In this document: positions 1 to 951 of the stretch, in pieces
Layout of the letters: every line of letters begins with the position of its first letter
Numbering within the stretch: position 1 is the stretch's first letter
Source: Escherichia coli
GTDB lineage: Bacteria > Pseudomonadota > Gammaproteobacteria > Enterobacterales > Enterobacteriaceae
NCBI RefSeq assembly: GCF_003334785.1
Contig: NZ_QOWV01000069.1
DNA: 951 nucleotides
Reading direction: 5' to 3' (one strand)
Translations under genes and position numbers: made by a program
The notes under the pieces: generated by a model
Seen by the model: only the letters and a program-made list of their open reading frames with translations
Told to the model about the DNA's origin: nothing
Databases searched by the model: none

Positions 1-237
1 CCCCTGCAGCGGGTCATAATAGCGGTGGCGGTTGTAATACAGGCCGGACTCCTCATCATACTGCTGCCCCGGCAGGCGGATAAGCTGCTGCAGCTGATGC
101 GGGTTCTCTTCATTCAGCAGGTTGCCCCATTCATCGTATTCTGCGCACCATTCTGTTGCCCCTTCCGTGCTGATAAGCGCCAGCGGCAGGCCGCGATGGT
201 CGCAGTGGTACAGGTGGATTTTTCGCGCCGGCGTGTA
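1..237 (-). other. N-terminal portion of the RHS repeat-associated core domain (TIGR03696-like), truncated by the window edge before the DPxGL motif
   Basis: Residues ~239-317 of the in-window translation ([79 protein letters not shown]) match, from memory, the pattern of this domain: a YD-type repeat, then 'xRxPGQYYDEETGLYYNxxRYYDPxxGR', then DPxGL. The domain start is approximate and the assignment rests on recalled motif knowledge, not a computed HMM score. Confidence 0.7.
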
Positions 238-951
238 CACCGGGTCCATCTGGTTTTGCATCTGCTCCACGGTCAGGCCGCACGATGCCAGCCAGCGGCG
301 GCTTTCCTCACTCACCCGGTCAGCCAGGATTTCACTTTCCAGCCGGTCGAGCATCTGCACCAGCACCGGCGGGAACACCACACTGCCACCGTCTTCGCCG
401 CCGGACTGCTGAAGGGTATCCGCCAGGCTGCGGCGCTGCGTTTTCGCCAGCTCACCGGTGGCGGTTTCAACCCTGATGAGTGGCGTGAAGCTCCCCGGCT
501 GATAAATCGTCTGGATGCGGGTTCTGTCGTTCTGTATCGTGGTCAGGCGGTCGCCGTCCCAGCCGTACCAGGTCACTTGCGGTTTCCGTGACAGCGACAT
601 CCAGCCCGTCAGGTCCCGTTCACGTCGCCACACCCGTTTTGCCACCCTGCGGCCCAGCGGGTCGTAAAGATAGCGGCTTTCGACCAGCGGCTCTGCATAT
701 TGTGTCCGCGTGTAGTGCACCAGCCGGTGCTGACTGTCGTAATGGTACCGGTGGGTGCGCTCATCATCCGTGCGGATAACCCCTTCCGGGATGAGGTCGG
801 TTTTCTCTGTCAGCCTGCCGTGACGGTCATACCGGTAAAGATAGTGCGCGTCACGGGCGATACGGTTATCCGGCCACATGCTGAGGGTGCTGTCCGGGTG
901 CAGCTCCGGGTCGGGCAGGCGGTTACCTGCCGGGTCTGTGGCATACGGGAT
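1..951 (-). CDS. rhs: Rhs family YD-repeat core protein, internal/3'-proximal fragment (partial at both ends; no start or stop codon in window)
   Basis: Reverse-complement frame in register with + position 1 is open for 317 codons; I checked it block by block and found no stop. Translation (N to C, + 951 down to 1): [317 protein letters not shown]. It contains multiple YD-repeat signatures (xYxYDxxGRL-like) and the characteristic '[21 protein letters not shown]' segment that precedes the DPxGL motif in Rhs core proteins. G+C is about 62% by hand count, as expected for enterobacterial Rhs cores. The paralog (rhsA/B/C/D-type) cannot be assigned from this fragment. Confidence 0.93.
   Translation of the reverse strand, partial: MPYATDPAGNRLPDPELHPDSTLSMWPDNRIARDAHYLYRYDRHGRLTEKTDLIPEGVIRTDDERTHRYHYDSQHRLVHYTRTQYAEPLVESRYLYDPLGRRVAKRVWRRERDLTGWMSLSRKPQVTWYGWDGDRLTTIQNDRTRIQTIYQPGSFTPLIRVETATGELAKTQRRSLADTLQQSGGEDGGSVVFPPVLVQMLDRLESEILADRVSEESRRWLASCGLTVEQMQNQMDPVYTPARKIHLYHCDHRGLPLALISTEGATEWCAEYDEWGNLLNEENPHQLQQLIRLPGQQYDEESGLYYNRHRYYDPLQG

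Noticed and set aside
357-364. Chi-like octamer (gcaccagc on the + strand, near the complement of Chi GCTGGTGG)
   Set aside because: One mismatch from the true Chi complement (ccaccagc), and a near-match in GC-rich DNA is expected by chance. Not a Chi site.
25-591. 188-aa ORF on the + strand from the supplied track
   Set aside because: It lies antisense to, and in the same codon register as, the Rhs core ORF. In a GC-rich gene the codons whose reverse complements are stops (TTA, CTA, TCA) are rare, so long antisense shadow ORFs are expected. Its translation is low-complexity (rich in R/A/L/Q/H) with no recognisable motif, whereas the minus-strand frame gives a clear Rhs protein.
598-600. Internal ATG codons on the minus strand (Met at translated residues 25, 118, 200, 231, 235) as possible start sites
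   Set aside because: The reading frame is open and clearly homologous to Rhs core upstream of each of them, so these are internal methionines, not initiation codons.
122-779. Three shorter + strand ORFs (122..412, 285..476, 588..779; 96, 63 and 63 aa)
   Set aside because: They overlap each other and the antisense Rhs coding frame, and their translations are Pro/Ser/Arg/Gly-rich low-complexity products typical of wrong-frame reads through GC-rich coding DNA.
1-951. A novel defence or toxin system encoded within the window itself
   Set aside because: Every base is accounted for by the conserved Rhs core ORF. There is no intergenic space, no second plausible gene, and no RNA gene or repeat array. 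Any novelty would be in the flanking variable region, which is not in this window.

Overview
The whole 951-bp window is an internal piece of one gene on the minus strand: the 3'-proximal part of an Rhs (rearrangement hot spot) / YD-repeat core ORF of the enterobacterial type. The reverse-complement frame whose codons are in register with + position 1 is open for all 317 codons, with no start and no stop, so the CDS is truncated at both window edges. The translation carries several YD-repeat motifs (e.g. [46 protein letters not shown]). It ends, at + position 1, with [28 protein letters not shown], which I recognise as the start of the RHS repeat-associated core domain lying just before the conserved DPxGL core/toxin boundary. 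My hand count gives about 62% G+C (roughly 590/951), matching the known GC-rich character of Rhs cores. The four + strand ORFs in the supplied track are antisense shadow ORFs. I see no RNA genes, CRISPR, mobile-element ends or supportable promoters/terminators. Nothing inside the window is itself novel. The variable part of an Rhs locus (polymorphic C-terminal toxin and immunity gene) would lie immediately beyond coordinate 1, outside what I can see.
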